Positions 50,667 through 61,783 of a stretch of DNA of 64,000 nt are shown here, piece by piece. This DNA comes from Promethearchaeota archaeon (lineage in GTDB: Archaea; Asgardarchaeota; Lokiarchaeia; Sigyniarchaeales; SOKP01), in the NCBI GenBank assembly GCA_019058365.1, contig JAHPZE010000004.1, positions 128,001 to 192,000 on the forward strand, in the 5' to 3' direction. The notes below the pieces were generated by a model. That model searched no databases and had not been told where the DNA came from. It was given only the letters and a program-made list of their open reading frames with translations. Position numbers and translations under genes: made by a program. Within the stretch, counting starts at the first letter, position 1. The number at the start of each line of letters is the position of its first letter.

Positions 50667-50780
50667 TCTATTTTAACTATCCAAAATTTGGTTTTAATTA
50701 TAAGATATTTTATGAAATTAATAATAATAAATTATCTATATTCTTATTCACTTTTTTATCATCTATTTTTAGTACTTTAT

Positions 50781-52205
50781 TCAAAGATTGTTTGATTTCT
50801 TGCGAAATTCATCCATATCAATCACAGTTCCTTTTATTCGAGATTCATTAGCAGCAAAAGCCATTAAATGACTTTCAAGGCATTCTCTTGCATTTGTTAA
50901 TGGTTGAGTTTTTTCTTTACTGATGAGGGAATCAATGTAAGCGTTTAGTAATTCAAAATCTCCTACACCATACTCTCCGGATTCACGTGTTAATTTTTTT
51001 TTATATACAAGTTTTTCTTTTCCAGAAAAATGATCATAATAAAAGATTTTCTCACCACTTATATGAAATTCTCCTTTTAATGTTGCTTTTGTTCCGTCAA
51101 TTCTTAAAGTGCGACCCTCTTGTTCACTGAAACCATTCATTGTCAAATTAGCTGTAACTCCATTTTCGAATTCAATATTTACTACTTGATGATCAACTAC
51201 GTTATTATCGCATTTATATACACATCTGCCGTAGGGACTTTTTTTCAGAATTCTAACTTTTACTTCATCTGAATAATCTTCTTTTTGATCTGTATATAGA
51301 TAATAAATCGGAAAATCTCCATAGTACCTTAATTCTTTAAATAGAGGTATTATCTTTGAAATATATGTTAAAAAATTCACATGATTCTTTCTCAACCTTC
51401 CTAATATCTTTAGAAATTTGTTATCACTTTTTTCAATCATCTGAATTTGTGGTATAATGTCAATATATGTTCTAGGGGCATAATATAAACATTTATCTTT
51501 AATAGGACAACCATCTAAACAAAATTCTGGAGCTCCTTTCGGTGCGTTTTCTGATTTGAAATGGATTAAATTTCCAAAAGAACTTATCTTTTTAGGAAGT
51601 GAGCCCACCATATAATAAAGTAAATCAAGATCATGGCAACATTTTGTTAAAATCATTGGAGATGATTTATCTGCATTCGCCCAAGGGCCTCTGACATAAC
51701 TATGAGCATAGTGGTACCACATCACGTTTTCTCTATGAGTAATATTTATGATATCTCCCAAGAGCCCTTTTTGAATTATTTCATATATTGTCGAGAAAAA
51801 CCCAGTATATCTTAATACATGGCTCACACCTAAAATCTTTCCAGTCTCTTCTACTTTTTTCACGATTTTTATACAATCTTCTAATCTATGAGCCATGGGT
51901 TTTTCTAAAAGCACGTGATAACCTTTTTCTAATGCTAGTAGGCATGGGTCAGTATGCATTTGATCTTGTGTACAAATAAATGCAACATCTGCTAATTTAT
52001 CCTCTGAAAATAAATCTTCCCAGCTTTTATAGCATCGATTTGAGGGAATTCCGTGTAAATAAGCAAATTTTACACGTCGAGTTTTTATTGGTTCTGCAAT
52101 AGCTACAAAATTTAATTTATTTTTAAATCTTAGAGCGTAGTTTCCATAAATTTGAAGACCTCTTCTCCCTGCTCCTATTAAAACAGCACTAATCGGTAAT
52201 TCCAT
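50781..52205 (-). CDS. Gfo/Idh/MocA oxidoreductase
   Basis: GAGRRG, LLEKPMA, CCHDLD. Confidence 0.9.
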   Translation of the reverse strand: MELPISAVLIGAGRRGLQIYGNYALRFKNKLNFVAIAEPIKTRRVKFAYLHGIPSNRCYKSWEDLFSEDKLADVAFICTQDQMHTDPCLLALEKGYHVLLEKPMAHRLEDCIKIVKKVEETGKILGVSHVLRYTGFFSTIYEIIQKGLLGDIINITHRENVMWYHYAHSYVRGPWANADKSSPMILTKCCHDLDLLYYMVGSLPKKISSFGNLIHFKSENAPKGAPEFCLDGCPIKDKCLYYAPRTYIDIIPQIQMIEKSDNKFLKILGRLRKNHVNFLTYISKIIPLFKELRYYGDFPIYYLYTDQKEDYSDEVKVRILKKSPYGRCVYKCDNNVVDHQVVNIEFENGVTANLTMNGFSEQEGRTLRIDGTKATLKGEFHISGEKIFYYDHFSGKEKLVYKKKLTRESGEYGVGDFELLNAYIDSLISKEKTQPLTNARECLESHLMAFAANESRIKGTVIDMDEFRKKSNNL

Positions 52206-52289
52206 TTTAAATACCTAAGAATTTCTCATAATAATTGAAGAATTGAGTTTGATAATATTTAATACCTAACTTAATTAATTATTTCCTAA

Positions 52290-52547
52290 TTATGGAAGTG
52301 ATTTTTCAATCTCATTATCTACATTGAGATTTGGGTTTTGTTCCCTAAAATTATAAACTATTTTAGCAATTTGTCCTAAATATTTAAGAGGATTCATGGT
52401 GCTTCCGCATTTACTGCATTTAAAGTCAACCATTCCTTCAATTGATACCATTATCCCATCTTCACAAAAAGCACATTGATCAAAAGACCATCTATCTATT
52501 ATTTTAATTATATCATTAATAAATTTTTCTTGTACAGGTGCTTTCAT
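52290..52547 (-). CDS. Small zinc-ribbon hypothetical protein
   Basis: CAFC..CSKCG. Confidence 0.65.
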   Translation of the reverse strand: MKAPVQEKFINDIIKIIDRWSFDQCAFCEDGIMVSIEGMVDFKCSKCGSTMNPLKYLGQIAKIVYNFREQNPNLNVDNEIEKSLP

Positions 52548-52653
52548 ACTAATTCACTTCTTATTATACTCTAATTATTATTAATACTTTTTAATATTTA
52601 TTTTAGATTTTCACATGGTTCACAAAAACTATGATAGAACTTTTCTTTTTGTT

Positions 52654-53793
52654 TTAGGAATCTATAATCCGGGGAATATATCCTTCAATTAATAAACAAT
52701 CAAGTAAAACGTTCGCAGTCATAGCTTCTATTACTGTAACGATCCTAGGCACTATACATGGATCATGACGACCAGAAAATTCTACTTCTACATTCTCCAT
52801 TTTTTCAATGTTAACTGTTTTCTGAGGAATCCCTATCGAAGCAGTTGGTTTAACTGCAACCGTAAATTCAATCGGCATTCCTGTTGAGATTCCCCCGATT
52901 ATTCCACCAGCATCATTTTTACTTGTTTGGATTCTTCCATCCTTAAGAATCCATGGGTCATTATGTTCAGAACCTTTCATTCTACTTGCTTTAAAACCAG
53001 CACCAAATTCTATACCCTTTATTGCGGGAATTGCAAAAATAGCTTTACTTATATTTGACTCGAGATTATTAAAAATTGGGCCGCCTTTTCCTTCAGGAAA
53101 ATTAGATACAATACATTTTATAGTTCCTCCAATAGAATCCTTTTGATTTTTTACCTTCTCAATTAATTCTTCCATTAATTTTGCTTTCTCTGGGTTAATA
53201 GATCTTACAAGAGATTTCTCCCTAATTTCAGCTAAATCTTTAAACTCCCCTAAAAGATATTTTTCTTCATCCCTTATATTTCCAATACTCTTGGTATAAG
53301 CGAATACAAATATATCATATTTTTCTAAAATTTGTTTTGCTACTGCACCTGCCATTACAAATCCTGCTGTGATTCTTCCAGAAAATCGTCCAGATCCTCG
53401 AAAATCGGAAAATCCACCATATTTCGTTAATGCAGTATAATCTATATGTGATGGTCTTAAGTAATTTTTATATTTTGTATATAATGATGAATCTACGTCT
53501 TTATTTTCAATTAATAAGCAAATTGGTGCTCCAGTGGTTTTATTATTGAATATACCAGATAAAGCTCTAACTCGATCCTGCTCTAGACGGTTAGTAGTTA
53601 CGGGTGATTGACCGGGTTTTCTTCTATTAAGTTCATTTTGTATAAAATCTAAATCAAAATTTAATCCCGCTGGTACACCATCTAAAATAATTCCCACTAT
53701 TTCTCCATGACTTTCACCAAAGGATGTTATTCTAAATATAGTACCAAAAGAATTATCCATAATTTTCTCATTTTCTAAGGATTTATTATACAA
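52654..53793 (-). CDS. aroC: Chorismate synthase
   Basis: FGESHG, RPSHID, GGIIGGIS, GRHDPCI. Confidence 0.96.
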   Translation of the reverse strand: MYNKSLENEKIMDNSFGTIFRITSFGESHGEIVGIILDGVPAGLNFDLDFIQNELNRRKPGQSPVTTNRLEQDRVRALSGIFNNKTTGAPICLLIENKDVDSSLYTKYKNYLRPSHIDYTALTKYGGFSDFRGSGRFSGRITAGFVMAGAVAKQILEKYDIFVFAYTKSIGNIRDEEKYLLGEFKDLAEIREKSLVRSINPEKAKLMEELIEKVKNQKDSIGGTIKCIVSNFPEGKGGPIFNNLESNISKAIFAIPAIKGIEFGAGFKASRMKGSEHNDPWILKDGRIQTSKNDAGGIIGGISTGMPIEFTVAVKPTASIGIPQKTVNIEKMENVEVEFSGRHDPCIVPRIVTVIEAMTANVLLDCLLIEGYIPRIIDS

Positions 53794-53850
53794 TAGTCTT
53801 ACATGATTATTTAATTAATATTATATCTATAAGTTTCTATTTATTATGTA

Positions 53851-55167
53851 ATGAATCTTAAAATTAATCCAATCGCAAATGGCTTAAATGGTGAAATCAC
53901 AGCACCCGGATCTAAAAGCTATTCGCATAGAGCTTTTATTTCCGCAAGTCTAGCTGATAGTATTTCAATAATCAAAAATCCCTTAGTGTCTGGAGATGTG
54001 GCAGTTACCATTAATTTATTACAATTATTAGGCGTTAAAACTTTTAAAAAAAGTGATAATACTTATATTGTTAAGCGCGATAAAGACGCCTACAGATCTC
54101 CTAAAAAACCTATAGATTGCAGAAACTCTGGAACAACCATTAGAATTTTCAGCGCTTTAGCTTTACTATTCGAGAAAGGTTTAACCTTAAAGGGAGAATT
54201 TTTTAAGCTTAAACGACCAATTCTTCCTCTTCTCAATGCGCTTGAACAACTAGGAGGAACATTCAAATTAACAGACGATAAACTTAAAATTGCACGTAAA
54301 AAAGTTTTATGTAATAAAATTAAGATTCCGGGGGATATTAGTTCGCAATTTATTACTGCTTTACTAATGTTATGTCCTTTATTAAAATGCAAAGATAAAG
54401 ACTTTATTGAAATTGAATTAATCACCTCATTATCCTCTAAATCATATATAGATATGACTATAGATATATTACAATTGTTTGGAATTAATATTCAAGCTAA
54501 TTTCGAAACAGGAAAGTTTTATATAACAAATGAACAAACTTATAGATCACAATCATATACTGTTCCAGGAGATTTTTCTTCGGCAGCATTTATTTTAGCA
54601 GCTGCGGTTTTATCTCGGAAATCTTCATCTATAATTGTTAATAACTTAAACCTTAAGAATTACCAACCAGATAAAAAAATTCTTGAGATCCTAAAGGAAA
54701 TGGGAGCAAATATTATTTTTGACGAAGAAAAAGATCGGGTTGTCGTGAATGGAGATATAAATACTTACCCTTTAAAAGGTATTGAAATTAACTGCATTGA
54801 TATTCCTGATTTATTTCCAATCTTATCTGTTATAGGTGCTTTTGCAGAAGGAAAAACAATTTTATATAATGCTTCTAATTTGCGATTAAAAGAAACTGAT
54901 AGAATATCCGTTATGGCTCGAGAATTAAGGAATATGGGTGTTGAAGTTATTGAAGAAGAGGATAAGTTAACTATTTTTCATAGTGATGAATTATTTGGAA
55001 CAGAGATCAATCACAATAATGATCACAGAATTGCGATGGCTTGCAGCATTGCAGCATTATATGCTGGGTCTAGTTCTTCTATTCAAAATAGTAATATTGT
55101 GAAAGATTCATATCCTTCCTTTTATGAAGACTTAAAAGAATTAGGAGCGCAAATTGAGATACTTTAA
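53851..55167 (+). CDS. aroA: EPSP synthase
   Basis: PGSKSYSHR, NSGTT, SSQF, KETDRI, DHRIAM. Confidence 0.96.
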   Translation: MNLKINPIANGLNGEITAPGSKSYSHRAFISASLADSISIIKNPLVSGDVAVTINLLQLLGVKTFKKSDNTYIVKRDKDAYRSPKKPIDCRNSGTTIRIFSALALLFEKGLTLKGEFFKLKRPILPLLNALEQLGGTFKLTDDKLKIARKKVLCNKIKIPGDISSQFITALLMLCPLLKCKDKDFIEIELITSLSSKSYIDMTIDILQLFGINIQANFETGKFYITNEQTYRSQSYTVPGDFSSAAFILAAAVLSRKSSSIIVNNLNLKNYQPDKKILEILKEMGANIIFDEEKDRVVVNGDINTYPLKGIEINCIDIPDLFPILSVIGAFAEGKTILYNASNLRLKETDRISVMARELRNMGVEVIEEEDKLTIFHSDELFGTEINHNNDHRIAMACSIAALYAGSSSSIQNSNIVKDSYPSFYEDLKELGAQIEIL

Positions 55168-55181
55168 AATTTTTTAAAAAT

Positions 55182-55592
55182 CTATCTGAAACTTTTCTGT
55201 CGTCGTGATCTAGCTTTCTTCCCTCCGAATTTCTTCGGCTCTGTTCTTCTCGAATCTCCACTCAATAAGGAATCATCATATTCTCTGAAGGTTCTTTCAA
55301 TCGTTTTTGTGCCAATTAATTTATATATTGATTTAGCAATTGCCATACGTACGGCATCAGTTTGACCACTCTTTCCGCCACCCTTCACATTAATTGTAAT
55401 ATCGCATTTTTCAACTTTTGGATGATTTATTATTTCAAGAACTTCTTGAATCCTTAATCGAGCTATTTCTGGTTCATATAAATTTAAAGGTATATTATTA
55501 ATCTTTATTTGACCTTTTGCAGGATGCCTTAAAACAGCTCTAGCAATAGCAGCTTTTCTTTTTCCTGATGACTGAACTACTTTCATCGACAT
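55182..55592 (-). CDS. rps9: 30S ribosomal protein S9 (uS9)
   Basis: GKRKAAIARA, GGGKSGQ, EPKKFGGKKAR..QKSFR. Confidence 0.96.
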   Translation of the reverse strand: MSMKVVQSSGKRKAAIARAVLRHPAKGQIKINNIPLNLYEPEIARLRIQEVLEIINHPKVEKCDITINVKGGGKSGQTDAVRMAIAKSIYKLIGTKTIERTFREYDDSLLSGDSRRTEPKKFGGKKARSRRQKSFR

Positions 55593-55595
55593 TTA

Positions 55596-56087
55596 TTAAA
55601 CCTCAGCTTCATTTTTTTTCCAACCAATTCGTTGGCATAAATTTTCTAAGGTAATATACTTGTTATAATATGAAAGTCTCTGTTTACTCACATTATTTAT
55701 ATTATTTAGCACCAATTTTTGATACCTACTTTTAAATCGTTCTGGAATATCCGATATATAAACATGAACTCTTTTAAGAGCTTCCTTTCCTCGTAATTTC
55801 TTTCTCGGTAGCATTTGCTTTATAACTCTTCTCATAAAAGTATCTGGTCTTCTTTCATGAAATGGTCCTTTACGTGGATTGGTTGCTGTTGAAATATTAA
55901 GTTTTGCTAAATACTTTTCATGAATATCCCTTTTTGTTCCACTAATAATAGCATCTTTTGCGTTAATAATTACTATATACTCCCCCAATAGAGCTTTTTT
56001 AGCAATATGACTACAGAAACGCCCTAATATGTTGTTTGATGCATCAAATAATTGATATTCAATAACCATAAGATTTTCATTACTCAT
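55596..56087 (-). CDS. rpl13: 50S ribosomal protein L13 (uL13)
   Basis: DASNNILGR, GPFHERRP, MLP. Confidence 0.95.
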   Translation of the reverse strand: MSNENLMVIEYQLFDASNNILGRFCSHIAKKALLGEYIVIINAKDAIISGTKRDIHEKYLAKLNISTATNPRKGPFHERRPDTFMRRVIKQMLPRKKLRGKEALKRVHVYISDIPERFKSRYQKLVLNNINNVSKQRLSYYNKYITLENLCQRIGWKKNEAEV

Positions 56088-56102
56088 AAGATCTTAATTA
56101 TT

Positions 56103-56459
56103 TTAATAAAAAACTTTAACTCCACTACCTTTAGGGTTTTGTTCTAATAATTCTTCAATCGATACTAATGTGCTTCCAGATGATTCTATTTTTTTTTTGG
56201 CTGACTTTGAATATTCTAAGCATGCAATAGTAAGAGTATGCTCTAATTCTCCCATACCTAAAACTTTTCCAGGAATAACAATGATATCATCTTTATTTGT
56301 CTTCTTATTAATACGATATAAATTTGCTTTAATTCTATTTTTTCTTGGACTGCTTAACTTACGGGAAATCTTTCTCCATATTTTTATCTTGGATTTCCAC
56401 AAATCTCTTATGAGTTTTCTAATATAATAGTTGCTTGGTCCAGTTACTTTATGAGACAT
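56103..56459 (-). CDS. rpl18e: 50S ribosomal protein L18e
   Basis: VIPGKVLG, NPKGSGV; synteny with rpoD and rpl13. Confidence 0.95.
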   Translation of the reverse strand: MSHKVTGPSNYYIRKLIRDLWKSKIKIWRKISRKLSSPRKNRIKANLYRINKKTNKDDIIVIPGKVLGMGELEHTLTIACLEYSKSAKKKIESSGSTLVSIEELLEQNPKGSGVKVFY

Positions 56460-56532
56460 TAAAAAGCTACTACTCTTATTTTATTTTATCTGATAACTTA
56501 AATTTATAATATTTTAATAATTTTTTGATAAA

Positions 56533-57375
56533 TTACGATTCTATCTCTGCTCCTTCAAGTTTTTCAACAAATTCATCAATTTTCTCTAAGAAGATCTCAA
56601 ATGTTTTCTTGATAATTGTCTCAAATGGAAGAACTCCATCACTTTCAATTGAGAAGATATAAGTATTATCTTTCCAGCTTACTTTTATAGCTTGTTCTGG
56701 ACATTCATTCTGACATGAATTGCATAATGTGCATGTTTTCCAATAATCTTCTACTAACACGGGCATTTTTTTATTTGAGAAATTATATAATTTTTCAGGA
56801 CATAATCTCGATACTAAACATTTATCTGGGCATTTAGTACATTTGCTATTATCAAAATCTATTTCAGGATAAAATCTGTAAAAAATATTTGAAACAGCTT
56901 GCCATTTAACATGATCTTTAGCTATTCCTAATATAGAATACGCCTCGATTATTACTCTATCATTTTTATCTATTTTTACTAGCGGAATCTTTGGATTAAC
57001 GGGAATAATTTTGGGATCGTTTGAATTCAAATTTCCTGAATATATTTGTAAGGGTGTATTGGTTGTGTTAGTAACTTCACAAGTTAAAGAAACCTGACAA
57101 AGGGGACACCCATATCCCCCGCATTCGCACTCTCGTGGAAGTTTATATGTTTCTAAATCGGTAGTTAAAGGCATCATTGAAAGCCTATGTGCTATTATTT
57201 CATCGTATAAAGGCGAATCATTTTTTAAAATAATAACCTCATCTACAGCCATAACGGGTATCTCAGAAATTATAATTCTGCGAATTGCATTGGCCATTTC
57301 AACAGAGATCCCATCTACCACGAATATGAGTTTCCTTTGGTTTTTTTCGAGAACTTCAAGACTCATGACTTTCAT
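56533..57375 (-). CDS. rpoD: RNA polymerase subunit D (Rpo3) with Fe-S domain
   Basis: ANAIRR, NDSPLYDEIIAHRL, HVKWQ, ferredoxin-like Cys motifs. Confidence 0.95.
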   Translation of the reverse strand: MKVMSLEVLEKNQRKLIFVVDGISVEMANAIRRIIISEIPVMAVDEVIILKNDSPLYDEIIAHRLSMMPLTTDLETYKLPRECECGGYGCPLCQVSLTCEVTNTTNTPLQIYSGNLNSNDPKIIPVNPKIPLVKIDKNDRVIIEAYSILGIAKDHVKWQAVSNIFYRFYPEIDFDNSKCTKCPDKCLVSRLCPEKLYNFSNKKMPVLVEDYWKTCTLCNSCQNECPEQAIKVSWKDNTYIFSIESDGVLPFETIIKKTFEIFLEKIDEFVEKLEGAEIES

Positions 57376-57457
57376 TAATTCTAAATTATAATAAGTCTTA
57401 AATGAATCGTATAAGATAAGTTTTATTATTCCAATGATAAAATAAGAATAAATAATA

Positions 57458-58786
57458 TTAGTAAAACTTCAAATATTCATATGCTTTGTTTGGAGCCTGA
57501 AAACAATATTTTATTTCTTGGAAACCCTGTCTAAATTCAGCCACGTCATTTCTTATCTTTTTAGGGTCCTTTTTTTCAATTAGTAGTTTTTTAAAGAAAT
57601 CAGCAATATCAACCATTTCATTTTTTTTCATACCAAGTCGAGTTATTTCAGAGGTCCCGATTCTCAAACCGCCTGGATTTTGGTAATGTCTACCTTCAGC
57701 GATGTCATTAGGCAAAAGATTACGATTGAGGATTATGTTAGCATCTTCTAGAATTTTCTCAATGTCTCCACCCAATCCAATAGTTTTTTCAAATGCAGTA
57801 ATATCAACCACAATCTGATGAGATTCAGTAAATCCTTTATGTTCCATTAATACTTTCAAACCAATATCAGATAAAGCTTGTCCAAGAGCTTTGGCATTTT
57901 TAATAACATTTTTATGGTATTCCTTTCCAAATTCTAGCATTTCTGCTAAAGCAATACCCAATCCAGCAACATTGTGTAGATGATGATTAGATAATAAAGC
58001 CGGAAACGCACAAGATCTCAATGTTTCAACTAAATCTTCTCTATTCGATACTAATATACCATGTTGAGGTCCTGGAAGTGTTTTATGTGTACTCATCGTC
58101 ATAGCGTCTGCTCCTTCTCTTAAAGGATCTTGAAAATACCCAGAACCAATCAATCCAGCAACATGGGCAGCATCATAACCAATATATGCCCCCACTTCTT
58201 TCGCAACTTCACCAAGTTCTTTAACGGGGTGTGGGAATAAAAATACTGAACCACCAAATAAAACTAATTCAGGCTCGAATTCTCTTATAATTTTTGCAGA
58301 AGCATCAATATCTAAGTTCATTTCATCATTATCAAAAGCTAAATATTCTACATTTATTCCTCTAGTTGTACCAGCTGTACCAAAAATTTCTCTACCACTT
58401 TTTGCGAATCTTGGTCCATGTGAAATATGACCACCACGAACAATAGACATACAACACATCTTACCATTATTATCTGAAGTAAATGCATTATACATAACTA
58501 AGTTTGCTACAACTCCAGATACTGGTCGTACATCAGCATGTAAGCAATCAAAATATTCTTTTGTAAGTTCCATGCAAATATCTTCTATTTGATCTATATA
58601 AGTGCACCCAGCATAAACTCTCTGGCCGCTCCAGCCTTCTGCATATCGATGTGAAAAATCAGAAACACAGGCTTCATCCACAGCGGGACTGGTAATATTT
58701 TCAGAAGCGATTAGAGGAATGGATTTTTGGAACCAATCATGATGCTCTTGTAAAAGAGTTCTGATTTCAGCTACTTTTTTCTTCAA
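57458..58786 (-). CDS. glyA: Serine hydroxymethyltransferase
   Basis: LIASEN, YAEG, GGHISH, DAAH, STHKTLPGPQ. Confidence 0.96.
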   Translation of the reverse strand: MKKKVAEIRTLLQEHHDWFQKSIPLIASENITSPAVDEACVSDFSHRYAEGWSGQRVYAGCTYIDQIEDICMELTKEYFDCLHADVRPVSGVVANLVMYNAFTSDNNGKMCCMSIVRGGHISHGPRFAKSGREIFGTAGTTRGINVEYLAFDNDEMNLDIDASAKIIREFEPELVLFGGSVFLFPHPVKELGEVAKEVGAYIGYDAAHVAGLIGSGYFQDPLREGADAMTMSTHKTLPGPQHGILVSNREDLVETLRSCAFPALLSNHHLHNVAGLGIALAEMLEFGKEYHKNVIKNAKALGQALSDIGLKVLMEHKGFTESHQIVVDITAFEKTIGLGGDIEKILEDANIILNRNLLPNDIAEGRHYQNPGGLRIGTSEITRLGMKKNEMVDIADFFKKLLIEKKDPKKIRNDVAEFRQGFQEIKYCFQAPNKAYEYLKFY

Positions 58787-58960
58787 ATTTAATCTTCTTT
58801 TCCATTAATTTTAAATATTAATAAAGTAATAAATCTACAATTTTTTTAAAACCTTATTCAGATTTCTTAATTTTTTAATAAAATTTCTTTAAATATATTA
58901 TTACTCCTAAAGACTACTTCAGGTTGACACAAAATTTCATTATAGTTTTAAAAGGAGTTC

Positions 58961-59878
58961 TTACTCTTTAGATTGTTCCAGAATTAATCTAGCTTCAAAT
59001 AAGTTTAACTTTTTCCCTGCTTTTTGCTTTTCTAGTGCTGTAGCTAATTTATCCTGTTTAATCTTTTCAATCATTTCATTTTTTTTTGATACTTGGGTGA
59101 ATTTTGGAGCTGGTTTTTGGTTATGTCTATATGGTTTCTTCCCCTTGTATGATTTCTTTCTTTGGTTCATTACTTTTAAGTATTGTTCATGATATCGATC
59201 AGCTGTTTTTTTGTTTTCAATTAATTCTTCTTCGAGTTTTTTCTTATCTTCCTTTAATTTATCGACGTTTTGAAACTCTTGTAGCATTTTAGCATGATTT
59301 TCTTGAGATTTATCAGACCATTTATTTAATTGTTCATAGATCTTATTCAAATTAATCTTAACAATTTCAATTTTCCTCTCAATTTTAAAAATATCACTAT
59401 TTTTGTGTTCAGATAAAAATTCTTGTTTCGCTTCTGCTAATTCTCTTATTTTATCAATTATGGTATTTTCCTCAGTAATATCAAGTTTTTCCGTTTCAAT
59501 TCTTCTCTCCAAATTATCAATTTTTCGCTCAATTTGTTTCATTGAAAGAATTTGTTTCTTATCTTTATTTTTTGCTTCAGGTTTTTGTAAAGTGTTTTTT
59601 TCTTCTATTAAGTTATCTAATAATGTCTTATACTCAATTTTTTTTTCTTTTAATTGTTTTACCTTATTATTCCAGTAATCTCTTTTCTTTTTGTATTGTT
59701 CCTTTGCGATTTTTAGAGAATTTGCAATTTCTACCTCAATATCTTGGAGATCATTTATAAATTGTTTTGTTTTTTGATTTAATTCATCTCTCTTTTGCCG
59801 TAAATCCTCTATTTGGGACTGAAGGTCTCTAAAAGAAGTTCGAGATGTTTGAGCGTTATGGGGTCTCTCTCTACTCAT
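58961..59878 (-). CDS. Archaeal coiled-coil protein (COG1340-like)
   Basis: Long heptad pattern, KRDELN start, GKKLNLFE end. Confidence 0.75.
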   Translation of the reverse strand: MSRERPHNAQTSRTSFRDLQSQIEDLRQKRDELNQKTKQFINDLQDIEVEIANSLKIAKEQYKKKRDYWNNKVKQLKEKKIEYKTLLDNLIEEKNTLQKPEAKNKDKKQILSMKQIERKIDNLERRIETEKLDITEENTIIDKIRELAEAKQEFLSEHKNSDIFKIERKIEIVKINLNKIYEQLNKWSDKSQENHAKMLQEFQNVDKLKEDKKKLEEELIENKKTADRYHEQYLKVMNQRKKSYKGKKPYRHNQKPAPKFTQVSKKNEMIEKIKQDKLATALEKQKAGKKLNLFEARLILEQSKE

Positions 59879-60050
59879 AAATTAATTCATTAAAGAGTAT
59901 TTATAAAAAAGATTTTTTATAAGTTTAATATAAATGAGAGTTGTAGATTTTTTATATATTTTTTGTAAATAAATTAATAATAAAAGAAAGTCTTCTTATA
60001 ACCAACTAAAGATTTAGATACTTTAGAAATAAAAAGAGATTGCATTTAAA

Positions 60051-60917
60051 ATGAGCTCCGAAATTATTAAAGAAAACGATTTAATCTTTTTGATTCTTGA
60101 CGAAAAACGACGATGGCTTATTCAAGTGAAATCTGGTGAAAAATTCCATTCACATAAAGGAATCATTGAGTTTGATGATGTAATCGGAAAAGTATTTGGT
60201 TCCGCAATTTTTTCGAAACCTCTTGAAACACAAGGCTATAAATTTTTTGTATTAAAACCCTTGCCCTCTGATTATGTTCTTCATATGGCTCGAAAGACTC
60301 AAATTATTTATCCTGAAGATGCTGGAATGATTCTACTATATTCAGGAATCGGACCGGGAAGTATAATTGTTGAAGCAGGATGCGGTTCTGGAGCTCTTAC
60401 ATGCATTCTAGGTAATTATGTTCGCCCAAATGGGCACATTTACTCTTATGATATTAGTGAAAAATCACTTAAAAGAGCAACGGCAAATATCCTTAAAGCA
60501 AAGTTAAAAGATATCGTAACAATTAAATATGGAGATCTGATAAGGGAAGATTTAAAGCACAAGAATGTTGATGCAATTGTTTTAGATCTAGCTACTCCTT
60601 GGGATGCTATCGAAAGAGTTAAGAATTATTTAAGATTTAGTGGCACTTTAGTATCTTTTTCTCCAACTATTGAGCAAGTTAAAAAAACAGTGTCAATGAT
60701 GAATAAGAATGATTTTATTGAGGTAAATACATATGAATTAATAAAAAGAAAAATCCAAGTAAAAGAAAATGCTACACGTCCAGAAGTGAGAATGGTTGGT
60801 CACACTGGATATTTAACCTTTGGGCGAAAAATAAAAAATATTAAAAATCCTTATCGAGAGATAAAAAAGAAAACTAATGAATATGTAAATCTAAATGGAA
60901 TGCCGTTAAGAGGTTGA
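60051..60917 (+). CDS. trmI: tRNA (adenine-57/58-N1)-methyltransferase
   Basis: TQIIYPED, EAGCGSG, LDLATPW, FSPTIEQV, HTGYL. Confidence 0.93.
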   Translation: MSSEIIKENDLIFLILDEKRRWLIQVKSGEKFHSHKGIIEFDDVIGKVFGSAIFSKPLETQGYKFFVLKPLPSDYVLHMARKTQIIYPEDAGMILLYSGIGPGSIIVEAGCGSGALTCILGNYVRPNGHIYSYDISEKSLKRATANILKAKLKDIVTIKYGDLIREDLKHKNVDAIVLDLATPWDAIERVKNYLRFSGTLVSFSPTIEQVKKTVSMMNKNDFIEVNTYELIKRKIQVKENATRPEVRMVGHTGYLTFGRKIKNIKNPYREIKKKTNEYVNLNGMPLRG

Positions 60918-60924
60918 AGATTTT

Positions 60925-61257
60925 ATGGAAATTACCTATGAAGATTTCTCAAAACTCGATATTAGAGTAGGATTAGTTAAAAATTGCACAAAAGTACCCA
61001 AATCAAAAAACCTCTATAAATTAATGGTAGATTGCGGAGGGAAAGATCTAAAACAAATTGTGACTGGGATCGCTCCGTTTTACTCGACAGAGGAGTTAAT
61101 TAATGAAAAAATAGTGATTTTAACAAATTTAAAACCTCGAAATATTATGGGTATTCAAAGCCAGGGAATGCTACTCGCTGCTGATCTCAATAATGAACCT
61201 TTTCTATTAAAAATTGATGAAAGAAAACCGGTTCCTCCGGGATCCAAAATAAAATAG
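60925..61257 (+). CDS. Stand-alone tRNA-binding OB-fold (MetRS C-terminal/Trbp111/CsaA-like)
   Basis: DFSKLDIRVG, NLKPRNIMGIQSQGMLL. Confidence 0.9.
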   Translation: MEITYEDFSKLDIRVGLVKNCTKVPKSKNLYKLMVDCGGKDLKQIVTGIAPFYSTEELINEKIVILTNLKPRNIMGIQSQGMLLAADLNNEPFLLKIDERKPVPPGSKIK

Positions 61258-61680
61258 TCAAAAACCTTTCAATTGAGCGCCAGTTCTAAATTCTTTCTTT
61301 TTCTTAAATCTTTCAGTTCTGAAAAAATGTTTCTTCTTTTCTGGTAAAATATCTAAATATTTTCTTAAAATATCTTCAATATATTCTTTAGTTGGTCTAC
61401 TACTTGTGATTTTATTTGGATCAGATAGATATTCTAATATTTCTTTATCTTTGGACTCATAGGATAAACCTAAATTTTTAAGAGGAATATGCACAGAATG
61501 TAAAAACCATCCAGTTTTTTTCTCTTCATGGGCAATTACTTTTAAGATATTGGCTTCTTCTTTTTTAATTTTAAAGTCTAAGAGCTTTTTCCCAGGTTTT
61601 ATTATTATCGTTGCATAAACAGGAATTTTAGATTTTGGATCGTGTATCTTTTTAAGGAATTCTTCTAATTTCTTACTCAT
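61258..61680 (-). CDS. Hypothetical protein
   Basis: 140-aa ORF filling the intergenic space. Confidence 0.7.
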   Translation of the reverse strand: MSKKLEEFLKKIHDPKSKIPVYATIIIKPGKKLLDFKIKKEEANILKVIAHEEKKTGWFLHSVHIPLKNLGLSYESKDKEILEYLSDPNKITSSRPTKEYIEDILRKYLDILPEKKKHFFRTERFKKKKEFRTGAQLKGF

Positions 61681-61783
61681 AATTGATTCAAAAAGTTCGA
61701 ATAGTTGAAATCTAGATAGATAAATTAAAATTCATAAATAAATTTATTATTTAATAGATTTAGCCTAAATTCATTATTATTTA

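Noticed and set aside
55182-57375. rpoD-rpl18e-rpl13-rps9 detached from rps13/4/11 and rpoN
   Set aside because: Fragmentation of this cluster is common in archaea and not remarkable
58770-58805. Possible frameshift at the glyA 5' end (upstream ATG GAA AAG.. is out of frame across an A6 run)
   Set aside because: An in-frame TTG start gives a full-length protein; a homopolymer error or chance cannot be separated from programmed slippage without reads
1215-59760. Many short antisense or overlapping ORFs in the track (e.g. 1215..1424, 2136..2495, 5181..5366, 5801..6076, 14804..15193, 18129..18533, 29485..29958, 43910..44230, 54090..54425, 59403..59678)
   Set aside because: Shadow frames opposite well-supported genes, with no recognisable motifs
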